A stretch of DNA of 52,944 nucleotides from Thermoanaerobacteraceae bacterium (GTDB lineage Bacteria > Bacillota > JAZPYJ01): the NCBI GenBank assembly GCA_045544075.1, contig JAZPYJ010000144.1, forward strand, positions 1-52,944. Direction: 5' to 3'. Every line of letters starts with the position of its first letter. Within the stretch, counting starts at the first letter, position 1. The position numbers were made by a program, and so were the translations under genes. Below the pieces are notes generated by a model, which was not told where the DNA came from, did not search any database, and was given only the letters and a program-made list of their open reading frames with translations. Of the stretch, positions 27,339-35,890 are shown one piece after another.

Positions 27339-27414
27339 AGCAGATAACGGGCAAGGGAGCTCTCACACGGAACGATAAAAAAAGACTTTTCTTTCTGTGC
27401 GGCACTCCCTTGCC
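27339..27414. repeat. hairpin element, copy 2
   Basis: Starts with the same AGCAGATAAC. GGCAAGGGAG (27350-27359) pairs with CTCCCTTGCC (27405-27414). Shares AAGGGAGC.CTCACAC and TTCTTTCTGTGCGGC.CTCCC with copy 1. Confidence 0.6.
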
Positions 27415-27657
27415 TGATTGGAGAATCTGCATGAAAAGCACTGATCTGACAAGATATTCTGTACAAAACTTACATAATTGTATTCTGTCAATTTTTAGAA
27501 AATCCTTTTTTATAAAAAATTTTTGATAATTATGACCAGGAACTATATATTTATCTTGTGATATTTATTTCTTACGGCCTCTTGCGTGAAAATCTTTTTT
27601 ACTTTACAATAGGATAAAGAAGAAAGTGCCCGAGCGGGAAAAATTTTCAAATACCCC

Positions 27658-27688
27658 TTGACTCTACAATAGATGTAGAGTGTAACAT
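27658..27688 (+). promoter_or_regulatory. MerR-type promoter with 19-bp spacer and dyad operator
   Basis: TTGACT (27658-27663), a 19-nt spacer, then TAACAT (27683-27688). Perfect dyad ACTCTACA (27661-27668) / TGTAGAGT (27674-27681). Confidence 0.6.
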
Positions 27689-27710
27689 AATTACAAAGGG
27701 GTGATGAAAA

Positions 27711-28385
27711 ATGATCGGAACGATCGTAAATGTAGGAACTATAGTAGCAGGGAGCCTTATTGGCGGACTATTCCGCAAAGTGATGAATGAAAAGCTCAGC
27801 AGCAGTCTTATGAACGTTATGGGCCTTGCCGCGTTCGGCCTGGGGATCAATGCTGTAGTACATAATATGCCGGAAAGCGACTACCCGGTGTTGTTTATAG
27901 TCAGTCTTGCTGTCGGCTGTCTCATCGGAACGCTGCTGAAGCTTGATCAGAGGACGACAGGTCTCACTAAGCGTAAGGATGAGAGCGGTGATCTGGGACA
28001 GGGGATCGTAACAGGCTGTCTCATCTTCTGCGTCGGGACGCTGTCCATCCTCGGCCCCGTACAGAGCGCATTGTTCGGAGACAACACATATTTATTTACC
28101 AACGCGTCGCTGGATTTCGTGACTGCGATGGTACTGGGTACGACCTATGGAGTCGGCATGGCCCTGGCCGGAGTCATTCTGCTGCTGTGGCAGGGATCGA
28201 TATACTTTCTGACACTGCTGCTCGGGAGCTTTATTACGGATGTTATGATGGTGGAGATATCGATCGTCGGAGGTTTTCTCATCGCCATGTCCGGCCTTTC
28301 CATCATGAAGATCAAGGAATGTCATACACTGAATTGTCTGCCCGCGCTTTTCGTACCGATCATTTGGTGCATCGTCTGCGGCTGA
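27711..28385 (+). CDS. DUF554-family (YqgA-like) membrane protein
   Basis: MIGTIVNVGTIVAGSLIGGLFRK, NASLDFVTAMVLG and SIVGGFLIAMSGLSIM align by eye with E. coli YqgA. SD AAGGGGTG. Confidence 0.75.
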   Translation: MIGTIVNVGTIVAGSLIGGLFRKVMNEKLSSSLMNVMGLAAFGLGINAVVHNMPESDYPVLFIVSLAVGCLIGTLLKLDQRTTGLTKRKDESGDLGQGIVTGCLIFCVGTLSILGPVQSALFGDNTYLFTNASLDFVTAMVLGTTYGVGMALAGVILLLWQGSIYFLTLLLGSFITDVMMVEISIVGGFLIAMSGLSIMKIKECHTLNCLPALFVPIIWCIVCG

Positions 28386-28395
28386 GAGGTATATA

Positions 28396-29247
28396 ATGGA
28401 ACAGGGAAAACTATACCGCATAGGAGAAGTGGCGAAAATGTTCCGGCTGAGTGTCGGAACGCTGCGCCATTATGAGACGCTGGGCATTCTGCAGCCCGCG
28501 TATATCGACCCGGAGAGCGGGTATCGCTACTATAACGTGCAGCAGTTTGAATGTCTCAATACGATACGTTATCTGAGAATGCTGGAATTTTCTCTTGAGC
28601 AGATCGCCGCTTTTCTCCGGAACCGCGATACGGAACAAATGGCGGAGATGCTCAGGACGCAGAAGCAGATAGCCCGGCAGAAGCGGATGGAGTGGAAACG
28701 GATAGAAAAGAAGATAGAGCACCGCCTGCGGAGACTGGAAGAGGCCAGAGCCCCCGGCCTTGGAGATATCGAGCTGCGTACTGTTCCGCAGCAGCGCGTG
28801 ATCAGCATCCGTTCCGAAATGTCGCTCCATACATATCTGGATATGGAAGAGGCGATCAGAGAGCTGGAACGGGAACTGGACAGCGCCGGCGTATTTCTCG
28901 GCAAGATAGGTGCGGGCATCGCTAAAGAACGGCTGGAAGCAGGAGATATCTCAAATTATGATACAGCGTTTTTGCTGCTGGATCCGGAAGATAAGACCGG
29001 AGGATCATACGAGACGCTTCCTGAGACGCTGTGTGTATGTCTGCGCTTTGCAGGCAGTCATCCGGATGCGCCTGTGTACTATGAGAAGCTGCTGAGGTTT
29101 ATCAGTGAACATGATCTGATCATCACGGGATTCTCGCGGGAGATCACATTGATCGACGAGGGACTGACGCAGCATCCCGAGGAGTTCGTCACGGAGATAC
29201 GGATCCCTGTACGGGAAAACAGTGAAGAAATGAATGAAAATATCTGA
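28396..29247 (+). CDS. MerR-family regulator with GyrI-like effector-binding domain
   Basis: YRIGEVAKMFRLSVGTLRHYETLGILQP HTH, a coiled-coil linker, and a roughly 150-aa C-terminal GyrI/BmrR-like domain. Starts 10 nt after the DUF554 gene. Confidence 0.85.
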   Translation: MEQGKLYRIGEVAKMFRLSVGTLRHYETLGILQPAYIDPESGYRYYNVQQFECLNTIRYLRMLEFSLEQIAAFLRNRDTEQMAEMLRTQKQIARQKRMEWKRIEKKIEHRLRRLEEARAPGLGDIELRTVPQQRVISIRSEMSLHTYLDMEEAIRELERELDSAGVFLGKIGAGIAKERLEAGDISNYDTAFLLLDPEDKTGGSYETLPETLCVCLRFAGSHPDAPVYYEKLLRFISEHDLIITGFSREITLIDEGLTQHPEEFVTEIRIPVRENSEEMNENI

Positions 29248-29259
29248 ACGAATTTTTCC

Positions 29260-29292
29260 CGGGAATCGCCCCTTGCGCGATTCCCGTTTTTA
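29260..29292 (+). terminator. intrinsic terminator
   Basis: CGGGAATCGC (29260-29269) pairs with GCGATTCCCG (29277-29286), followed by TTTTT. Confidence 0.8.
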
Positions 29293-29389
29293 CAGTACAA
29301 TATGATCAGACAGTATGGATTATTTACAAAAGAATATCGGATAGAATCGATGCGAAAAAAACATTCGTATCCGGGAAGGAGGAATTGTT

Positions 29390-29749
29390 ATGGCTATGAA
29401 AAGACTTGTAATCGAATTCGGCCAGGGCGTGGATATGAACGGCGCGGATCAGAACAATGCCGTGCTGAAGGCTGCGAAAGACGCGATACATCACTGCTGC
29501 ATGGCCGGCATAACCGAGATATTCGATATCACCGACCGCAGGACTCAGGCGTTCGTTAAGGCGGATATCTATGCACCGCATCCAGAGGAAGTGGATCCGC
29601 AGGTCGTGATCGATTATCTGAGTCGCTGGAACGTTGAGGCTGAAGTGCATCATGGCGGAGCTAATCCCATGGGGATATCGCTGGACGGTAAGCCGAAAAC
29701 AGAGATAACCATCGCTATCGTTGCACTAACCGTATACGTGGATGTATGA
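29390..29749 (+). CDS. Lin0512-family-like small protein
   Basis: 119 aa. IEFGQGVDMNGADQNNAVLKAAKDAIHH resembles the G.GVD.HGQ..TKAA.RA..DAI.H signature of the Lin0512 family. Recalled from memory, not searched. Confidence 0.5.
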   Translation: MAMKRLVIEFGQGVDMNGADQNNAVLKAAKDAIHHCCMAGITEIFDITDRRTQAFVKADIYAPHPEEVDPQVVIDYLSRWNVEAEVHHGGANPMGISLDGKPKTEITIAIVALTVYVDV

Positions 29750-29841
29750 AAAAGAGCATACAGATAATAAAACGCTGCAGGGAAAAGGGAAAAGGGCGGC
29801 AAAAGATATCCGGTTCGGATGTTCCGGCCAAAAGGAGGAAG

Positions 29842-30516
29842 ATGATGAAGAAAAGTATCAAACGATTGACGCTGATCATGCTGGCGCTGGTTATGGCGAT
29901 AGGCGTGCTCGCCGGCTGCGGCCAGAAAGGACCGACGGCTGATGACGCCAAAGGCTACGTAAAAGCTGTGCTCGATCTTATGTGCACGGGAGATTATGAT
30001 CACTCGGTCGATCTTACGGATATTGAGGAAGGCACGGAAAATGATATCCGTGAATCCATAATCGATGCTATGATGACCGAATTGAGCGCTCAGTCAAATC
30101 TGAGTGAAGAGGTTGCGAACGGCTTCAGACAATTTATGAGCGAAGCGCTGACAAAAACGAAGTATACTGTAACGGACGCGGCTGCCACGGACGACGGCGG
30201 ATATGACGTAACTGTCTCGATCGAGCCGCTCATCATCTTCGCCGGTGTCGAGGATGAACTAACCAGTGTGATCCAGGAGAAAGCAGCAGAGGATGCCGAC
30301 AAGATAGCGGCTATGTCGGAAGATGAGAGGACCAACTATGTGATGGAGATCCTGGTTGAGCTGCTCAACAAAAAGATCGCCGATCCGCAATATGATCCGG
30401 CAGAGGATGTAACCGTTCATTACGGACTGCTTGAGGGAGAGGACGGAGCATACGGCTGCAGTGAAGCTGACGGAGAAAAACTCGGAGCTAAGCTCTTCTC
30501 ACAGTCAGGATTATAG
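29842..30516 (+). CDS. lipoprotein, function unknown
   Basis: ATG 29842 follows AAAGGAGG. Signal peptide with lipobox: MMKKSIKRLTLIMLALVMAIGVLAGC. The ORF-track start 29746 adds a basic, non-signal extension. Confidence 0.7.
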   Translation: MMKKSIKRLTLIMLALVMAIGVLAGCGQKGPTADDAKGYVKAVLDLMCTGDYDHSVDLTDIEEGTENDIRESIIDAMMTELSAQSNLSEEVANGFRQFMSEALTKTKYTVTDAAATDDGGYDVTVSIEPLIIFAGVEDELTSVIQEKAAEDADKIAAMSEDERTNYVMEILVELLNKKIADPQYDPAEDVTVHYGLLEGEDGAYGCSEADGEKLGAKLFSQSGL

Positions 30517-30627
30517 TCAAAAAATCACCGAGCGGGCAGGATGGCTTTGAACTGTTGTGTCAGTTCTTTGCCTGAAAAATGCTGCGGAAACGATGAGGCG
30601 TTCAGCTGAAATATTTTTTCTATGAGA

Positions 30628-30656
30628 TTGACATCGTCTGCAAAATGAGATAATAT
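30628..30656 (+). promoter_or_regulatory. sigma-A-type promoter of the yitT-family leader
   Basis: TTGACA (30628-30633), a 17-nt spacer, then TAATAT (30651-30656). Confidence 0.5.
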
Positions 30657-30711
30657 AAAAACAAGGTGAAGAAGTCACCGTTATATTGTAAAGGTATTAG
30701 GCGAAAGCTTT

Positions 30712-30760
30712 GATCCACGTTTGTCAGGGAAAATCATCCCGGACGGCGTGGATCTTTTTT
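30712..30760 (+). terminator. leader (attenuator) terminator upstream of the yitT-family gene
   Basis: GATCCACG (30712-30719) pairs with CGTGGATC (30747-30754). An inner stem GTCAGGGA / TCCCGGAC is present, followed by TTTTTT. It ends 44 nt before the start codon. Confidence 0.65.
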
Positions 30761-30803
30761 GTTGACAGGAAAGACGGTATCGATAAAAAAAGGGGGAACC
30801 ATT

Positions 30804-31676
30804 ATGAGTAAAGACAAAAGTATTCTTGTCAATTCGGCTGTTAAGATCGCTGTGATAATCACGGGCAATCTGCTGTATGCCGCGGGAGTGGTGTTTTTCA
30901 TTCTGCCTTCGGGTCTTATAACCGGAGGTTCTACAGGAGCAGCTCTGATAGCCGAACATTTCTGGAACATCCCGGTATCCGTATTCGTCGGTGCTGTTAA
31001 TATCATCATGTTCGGGCTGGGGATAGTATTTCTGGGCAGGAATTTTGCTCTTTCCACGCTGGTGAGCACCGTGGCCTATCCTGTTTTGCTGGGGCTGTTC
31101 GGACACGCGGCGGGAGACTTCGTACTTACTGATGACATGCTGCTTTGTTCTCTGTTCGGAGGATTATGCATAGGTGCCGGTCTGGCGCTGATCATAAGAC
31201 TGGGGGCCAGCACCGGAGGAATGGATATACCGCCGCTGATCCTGAAAAAGAAGATCGGTATACCGGTCAGTGTGAGCATGTATGTTTTCGATCTTGTCAT
31301 ACTGGCAGGACAGATGATCTTCTCCGAAAAGCAGGCCTGTCTTTACGGGATACTGCTCGTGATGGTCTATACTATGACTTTGGATAAGCTGATGACCATG
31401 GGCGCGGGCAGAACGAAAGTCGAGATAATCAGCAGCGATCCTGAAAAGCTGCGCAGAGCCGTACTGAACGAAATGGACCGCGGCGTTACTATGCTCCATG
31501 CCAGGACCGGATATCTGGGTACAGAGACGGACATTCTGTTCTGTATCATATCACCGAGAGAGCTGCATAAAATGGAAAAGATCATCAGGGAGGCAGATCC
31601 GGAGGCGTTTATCGTTCTTTCCAAAGCGAACAGCGTATACGGCAGAGGATTCAGCGCGGAAAAGAATTATATTTAG
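30804..31676 (+). CDS. YitT-family membrane protein (DUF2179 C-terminal domain)
   Basis: ATG 30804 follows AAAGGGGGA. TM core with GGSTGAALI / GASTGGMD repeats. The C-terminal soluble domain (VTMLHARTGYLGTETDILFCIISPRELHKMEKIIREADPEAFIVL) is typical of DUF2179. Confidence 0.75.
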   Translation: MSKDKSILVNSAVKIAVIITGNLLYAAGVVFFILPSGLITGGSTGAALIAEHFWNIPVSVFVGAVNIIMFGLGIVFLGRNFALSTLVSTVAYPVLLGLFGHAAGDFVLTDDMLLCSLFGGLCIGAGLALIIRLGASTGGMDIPPLILKKKIGIPVSVSMYVFDLVILAGQMIFSEKQACLYGILLVMVYTMTLDKLMTMGAGRTKVEIISSDPEKLRRAVLNEMDRGVTMLHARTGYLGTETDILFCIISPRELHKMEKIIREADPEAFIVLSKANSVYGRGFSAEKNYI

Positions 31677-31925
31677 GATGGTGAAATATTTCTAAGATCC
31701 GTCTTGAAATCTTTATCAAAAGGACTATAATGAAATCAGGGAACTGATGGCTGAATGAAACCGGTCGAAGTCCAGACATGCATCGCTTGCTGCGGAAAGA
31801 TGGCCGGCTTTTCAAATTGCTTTAGTGATCACAGACCTGAACGATACTTCTGAATTAGTGTATCGTTCGGAGGGATCGGGCATAATGATTTTAAATATCC
31901 AGGCCGGGAGGTCAGTGAATTTAAA

Positions 31926-32966
31926 ATGCGGGATGAAAATAAAATGCGGACCAAATTTAAAACGTGGAGAAATGATGACAAAAGACGCAGAAAAACAGCA
32001 TTCATTATTGCTGCATTCTGTTTGCTCCTGCTGATCGCCGCTCTGGGTATAGCGGCAGGACTGCTGCTGGCGGATCACAGCAATAATACAGCCGATACCG
32101 GTCAGGTTGTTTCAGCAGAGAGCAGCGCAGACAATATAGCTGTACCGGAGGAGAATGCTAACGAGGACGCCGCAGCGGAGAGCGAAGAATCCGATAAAGA
32201 TAATGATTCCGCTGATGAGCAGAAATCTAAGCCAAAACTCGTACAGAAAGCTGTCGCTCTTTTGTTTCCCCCCAGAGATATCGATCCTGCTGCGCCGATG
32301 GTCGCCCTGACATTTGACGACGGGCCTTATTCCGAAGTTACCGACAGCATCCTTGATACGCTGGCGAAGTACGACGGGCTCGCTACCTTCTTTGTGGTTG
32401 GTTCCCGTCTCAGCTGGCAGCAGGACACCGTCAAGAAAGCAGTCGGAATGGGATGCGAGATCGGGAACCATTCCTATACTCATAAATATTCTTTCAGCGA
32501 GGCATCGGATGAAGTGATCCGTGAGGAAATCGATAAGACTGATGACGCACTTGAGGAGCTGACGGGGACAAGAACGACCATTCTGCGCGTTCCTTTCGGG
32601 GATGCAAATGATACAGTTAAAGAGATCGTCGGCACTCCGATGATCGGCTGGGATCTGGACACGCTGGACTGGTATACCCGTGATCCCGATTCCACCATAG
32701 AGAAAGTAAAAGAGAAGGCTCATGACGGCTGTATCATCCTGATGCATGATCTGTATCCGGAAACAGCCAAAGCCTGTGAAAAGATAATCCCCTGGCTGTC
32801 CGAACAGGGATACCAGATAGTTACCGTCGATGAGATGATGAAAGCACGAGGAGTGGAGATGCAGAACGGAGAGATCTATAATAAAGCACCGACAGCTGAG
32901 GAATGGCAGGCTGTGCAGTCTCCGCCCGATCAGCCCGAAGATGCCGCTGCTGACGGAGAACAATGA
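31926..32966 (+). CDS. polysaccharide deacetylase (NodB-domain) protein, membrane-anchored
   Basis: N-terminal TM anchor, an acidic linker, then NodB motifs ALTFDDGP, HSYTH, RVPFG and LMHD. Confidence 0.8.
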   Translation: MRDENKMRTKFKTWRNDDKRRRKTAFIIAAFCLLLLIAALGIAAGLLLADHSNNTADTGQVVSAESSADNIAVPEENANEDAAAESEESDKDNDSADEQKSKPKLVQKAVALLFPPRDIDPAAPMVALTFDDGPYSEVTDSILDTLAKYDGLATFFVVGSRLSWQQDTVKKAVGMGCEIGNHSYTHKYSFSEASDEVIREEIDKTDDALEELTGTRTTILRVPFGDANDTVKEIVGTPMIGWDLDTLDWYTRDPDSTIEKVKEKAHDGCIILMHDLYPETAKACEKIIPWLSEQGYQIVTVDEMMKARGVEMQNGEIYNKAPTAEEWQAVQSPPDQPEDAAADGEQ

Positions 32967-33177
32967 CCGGGCGCTTTGCTTTGATCTCCGCGAACCATTT
33001 TGTCCTTATCGAAGAAAAGAAAGCGTTCGTTTTTTCCGATGATCACGGTATAACGGATACCGCCGTCCTCGATCTTTTCCGATGCGGGACGGCAAAAACA
33101 GCTTGACAAAAAGCAAAAAATACGGGTAAATATTTATACCCGTATTTTTATGTTATATTACTCAGGGAGGCGGAAAA

Positions 33178-34410
33178 ATGAAAGAACTGCAGAAAAAATA
33201 CGCGAGTGTAATCTTAAATGTTTGCTTAAAAGTAAAAAAAGGGCAGCCCGTATTTATCAGCGCTAACAGCGAAAGATCGGATTTTGTGCGTATCGTTGCC
33301 GATGAAGCTTTAAAGATAGGGGTAAAAGATATCTATTTCGACATTACGGATCCTGTTCTGAAGCATTCGATACTGAAAGAATTGACACTGGATGAATTAA
33401 AAGAGCATCAGTATTTCAATAAACAAAAATGGAATGAATATGCCGAAAAAGGTGCGGCGTTCGTAATGCTTGCCTCAGAAACTCCCGGACTGATGAAAGA
33501 CATAGATCAGAAAAAACTAAGCGATATAACGATGTACGGTCTTGAGACTAGAAAAGGATTTGATGCTTTGAGAGACAAATCGATGGTTCCCTGGTGCATC
33601 GCAGCCGTACCGACTCTAGCCTGGGCCGGGGAAGTATTTCCGGACTCAGAGACTCCGCTGGAAGATCTGTGGGACAAGATCTTTGAAGTGTGCTATATCA
33701 AGGAAAGCGACCCCGAGAAGATCTGGATGGAAAAAACCGAAAAGCTGAGGGAAAGATCGAAAAAATTAACAGATTGTAAGTTTAAAAAGCTGAGATATAC
33801 CAATTCGCTCGGAACTGATCTTACTATCAGCCTGCCCGATGATGCTGTCTGGGGATCGGGCTACGAAGAATTAGCCGACGGGACGAAAGTCCTGGTCAAT
33901 TTTCCGACCGAAGAAGTTTTCACATCTCCTGACTGCAGATCGGCGAACGGGATAGTTTACTCGGCGAAACCTTTATCCTATCATGATAATATGATCAGGG
34001 ATTTCAGGATAAGATTCGAGAACGGCATCGCTGTTGAATGTCATGCCGAAGAGGGGGAAGAAACTTTAAGGAACATCATTGCTTCCTGTGAGAATTCGGA
34101 TATGCTGGGTGAAGCGGCGTTGGTACCGTATGATTCTGCCATTTCGAATTCCGGAGTCATATTCTACGAAACTTTGTTTGATGAAAATGCTGCCTGCCAC
34201 CTGGCACTGGGCGATTCTTTTCCCCAATGCATAGCAAACGGCGAAAACATGACAAAAGAAGAATTGTTTGCGAAATATAATCTTAATAAATGCACCAACC
34301 ACGTCGATTTCATGATAGGCAATAAAGATACGGATATCACGGGGATCACTGAAGACGGCAAAGAGATACCTGTCTTCGTTAACGGCAATTTCAGCGAGTA
34401 TTTTGATTAG
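33178..34410 (+). CDS. aminopeptidase, M29 (AmpS/PepS) family
   Basis: 410 aa. The N-terminus LQKKYASVILNVCLKVKKGQPVFI and the C-terminal ALGDSFP...HVDFMIG are typical of thermophilic-type M29 aminopeptidases. Confidence 0.8.
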   Translation: MKELQKKYASVILNVCLKVKKGQPVFISANSERSDFVRIVADEALKIGVKDIYFDITDPVLKHSILKELTLDELKEHQYFNKQKWNEYAEKGAAFVMLASETPGLMKDIDQKKLSDITMYGLETRKGFDALRDKSMVPWCIAAVPTLAWAGEVFPDSETPLEDLWDKIFEVCYIKESDPEKIWMEKTEKLRERSKKLTDCKFKKLRYTNSLGTDLTISLPDDAVWGSGYEELADGTKVLVNFPTEEVFTSPDCRSANGIVYSAKPLSYHDNMIRDFRIRFENGIAVECHAEEGEETLRNIIASCENSDMLGEAALVPYDSAISNSGVIFYETLFDENAACHLALGDSFPQCIANGENMTKEELFAKYNLNKCTNHVDFMIGNKDTDITGITEDGKEIPVFVNGNFSEYFD

Positions 34411-34439
34411 CGGGAAATCATAACATACCGGGCTTATCC

Positions 34440-34471
34440 CGAAGGATGCTCCGCAACAGCAGCATCCTTCG
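34440..34471 (+). terminator. hairpin after the aminopeptidase gene (weak terminator)
   Basis: CGAAGGATGCT / AGCATCCTTCG 11-bp stem (34440-34450 / 34461-34471). No T tail. Confidence 0.35.
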
Positions 34472-34597
34472 ATAATAAGATACTGTAAAGAAACTTTATT
34501 ATTGACATTTTGGTCAATAGAACTATACTTGTAATAGAGATGTTGGGGAGGCGTCTGGCGCGGCGCTGAAAAAATAAAGAGGAGGCAAAAGTATATA

Positions 34598-35710
34598 ATG
34601 AAGATCGGCTGTGTCAAAGAGATCAAAAACAATGAATTCCGTGTGGGGATCACGCCCGACAATGTGAGGGCATACGTCAATGCAGGTCATCAGGTATATA
34701 TCGAGAAGGGTGCCGGAGAAGGTTCCTGCTTTGCGGACAGCGAATATGCAAACGCAGGCGCGCAGCTGCTGGACAGTGCCGGAGAAGTGTGGGGCCTTGT
34801 CGATATGATGATCAAAGTCAAGGAGCCTTTGGAGGAGGAATATAAATTCTTCCGCGAAGGACTTATCCTTTATACATATCTGCATCTGGCGGCGGATCAG
34901 GCACAGACCGATGCGTTGCTCAAGGGAAAAGTCAAAGCGGTCGCTTACGAAACGATGATGGAAAAGGACAGGAGCCTTCCGTGCCTTACCCCTATGTCTC
35001 AGATAGCGGGACGTTTATCCATTCAGGAAGGCGCGAAATATCTGGAAAAGAAATTCGGCGGCGAAGGGATCCTTCTGGCCGGTGTTCCGGGTACTCCGAA
35101 GGCTAACGTAGTGATCATCGGCGGCGGCATCGTCGGCACCAACGCCTGCAAGATCGCCGTGGGAATGGGAGCCAACGTAACTATAATCGATATCAATCTG
35201 AAAAGACTGGAACAGCTGGATGATCTGTTCGGGGCCCGTATACAGACGCTCGTCTCGACTGACAGCAATATCGAGAAAGCAGTAAAGGACGCCGATCTGG
35301 TTATCGGTTCCGTTCTTATCCCCGGCGCGTCCGCTCCTAAACTGTTCAAGAAAAAATATCTCAAAGAGATGAAGGACGGAGCAGTATTCGTCGATGTAGC
35401 CATCGATCAGGGAGGCTGCGGCGAAAGCAGTCATGTTACTACCCATGACGATCCGATATTCATAGTGGACGGAGTAGTTCATTATTGCGTAGGCAATATG
35501 CCGGGGGCAGTCCCGAGGACCAGTACTATCGCTCTGACCAATGCGACGCTGTCGTACGGTCTGAAGATCGCGGCGGCAGGTCTTGAAGAAGCCTGCGCTA
35601 AAAATTCCGCGATCGCGCTGGGAGTCAATTGCTATGACGGTAAACTTACCAATAAAAACGTTGCCGATGCTTTCGGGTATGAGTATACGGAATTGAGTGA
35701 GCTGATCTAG
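34598..35710 (+). CDS. ald: alanine dehydrogenase
   Basis: MKIGCVKEIKNNEFRVGITP N-terminus, NAD motif VIIGGGIVGTNA and VDVAIDQGG. 370 aa. Confidence 0.92.
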   Translation: MKIGCVKEIKNNEFRVGITPDNVRAYVNAGHQVYIEKGAGEGSCFADSEYANAGAQLLDSAGEVWGLVDMMIKVKEPLEEEYKFFREGLILYTYLHLAADQAQTDALLKGKVKAVAYETMMEKDRSLPCLTPMSQIAGRLSIQEGAKYLEKKFGGEGILLAGVPGTPKANVVIIGGGIVGTNACKIAVGMGANVTIIDINLKRLEQLDDLFGARIQTLVSTDSNIEKAVKDADLVIGSVLIPGASAPKLFKKKYLKEMKDGAVFVDVAIDQGGCGESSHVTTHDDPIFIVDGVVHYCVGNMPGAVPRTSTIALTNATLSYGLKIAAAGLEEACAKNSAIALGVNCYDGKLTNKNVADAFGYEYTELSELI

Positions 35711-35771
35711 CGGCCATATATTCTGACACGGATCGTTTTTCGCATCGTTATTCCGGTATGATTTGCTTTCC

Positions 35772-35803
35772 AGGCTGCAGGGAGATCCCTGCAGCCTTTT
35801 TTA
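35772..35803 (+). terminator. intrinsic terminator after ald
   Basis: AGGCTGCAGGGA (35772-35783) pairs with TCCCTGCAGCCT (35786-35797), followed by TTTTTTAT. Confidence 0.8.
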
Positions 35804-35890
35804 TCAGGGGACGCTTTTTTATCCTGAACGATCTTTCCCGCAAAGCACATCGTTCAGCAAATACGTATTGAAAAATAAACGGAGGTTATC

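Noticed and set aside
27231-27414. Possible CRISPR array or tandem riboswitch (for example glycine-type).
   Set aside because: There are only two copies. The units are about 75 nt long with an internal long hairpin and are imperfectly conserved, and no cas genes are present. No match by eye to the conserved cores of the glycine, T-box or other tandem riboswitches.
27224-27466. 80-aa minus-strand ORF (and the 71-aa plus-strand ORF 27311-27526) across the hairpin repeats.
   Set aside because: There is no SD. The internal peptide repeat (CESSLARYLLY / CERSLVCYLLF) simply mirrors the DNA duplication. The region is better explained as structured non-coding DNA.
30663-30760. Assignment of the yitT-family leader to ykkC/guanidine-I or a c-di-AMP riboswitch.
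   Set aside because: GGGA...CCCGG is superficially similar to the ykkC 3' half. However, the conserved GGUCCGAGAG/ACACGG elements and the c-di-AMP ACGGGGA/CCCG pseudo-symmetric cores are absent. It is left as unclassified.
31741-31925. Possible riboswitch or attenuator upstream of the polysaccharide deacetylase gene (CCGGTC...GGCCGG followed by CTTTTC).
   Set aside because: The stem is only 6 bp with a roughly 37-nt loop and a poor U tail. No conserved riboswitch core was recognised. Too weak to report.
32930-33107. Minus-strand protein-like frame (…ASEKIEDGGIRYTVIIGKNERFLFFDKDKMVRGDQSKAPGH…) convergent with and overlapping the deacetylase 3' end.
   Set aside because: There is no ATG/GTG with an SD at its 5' end, and it is shorter than 60 codons from any start. 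It may be a gene remnant. That cannot be supported without a database search.
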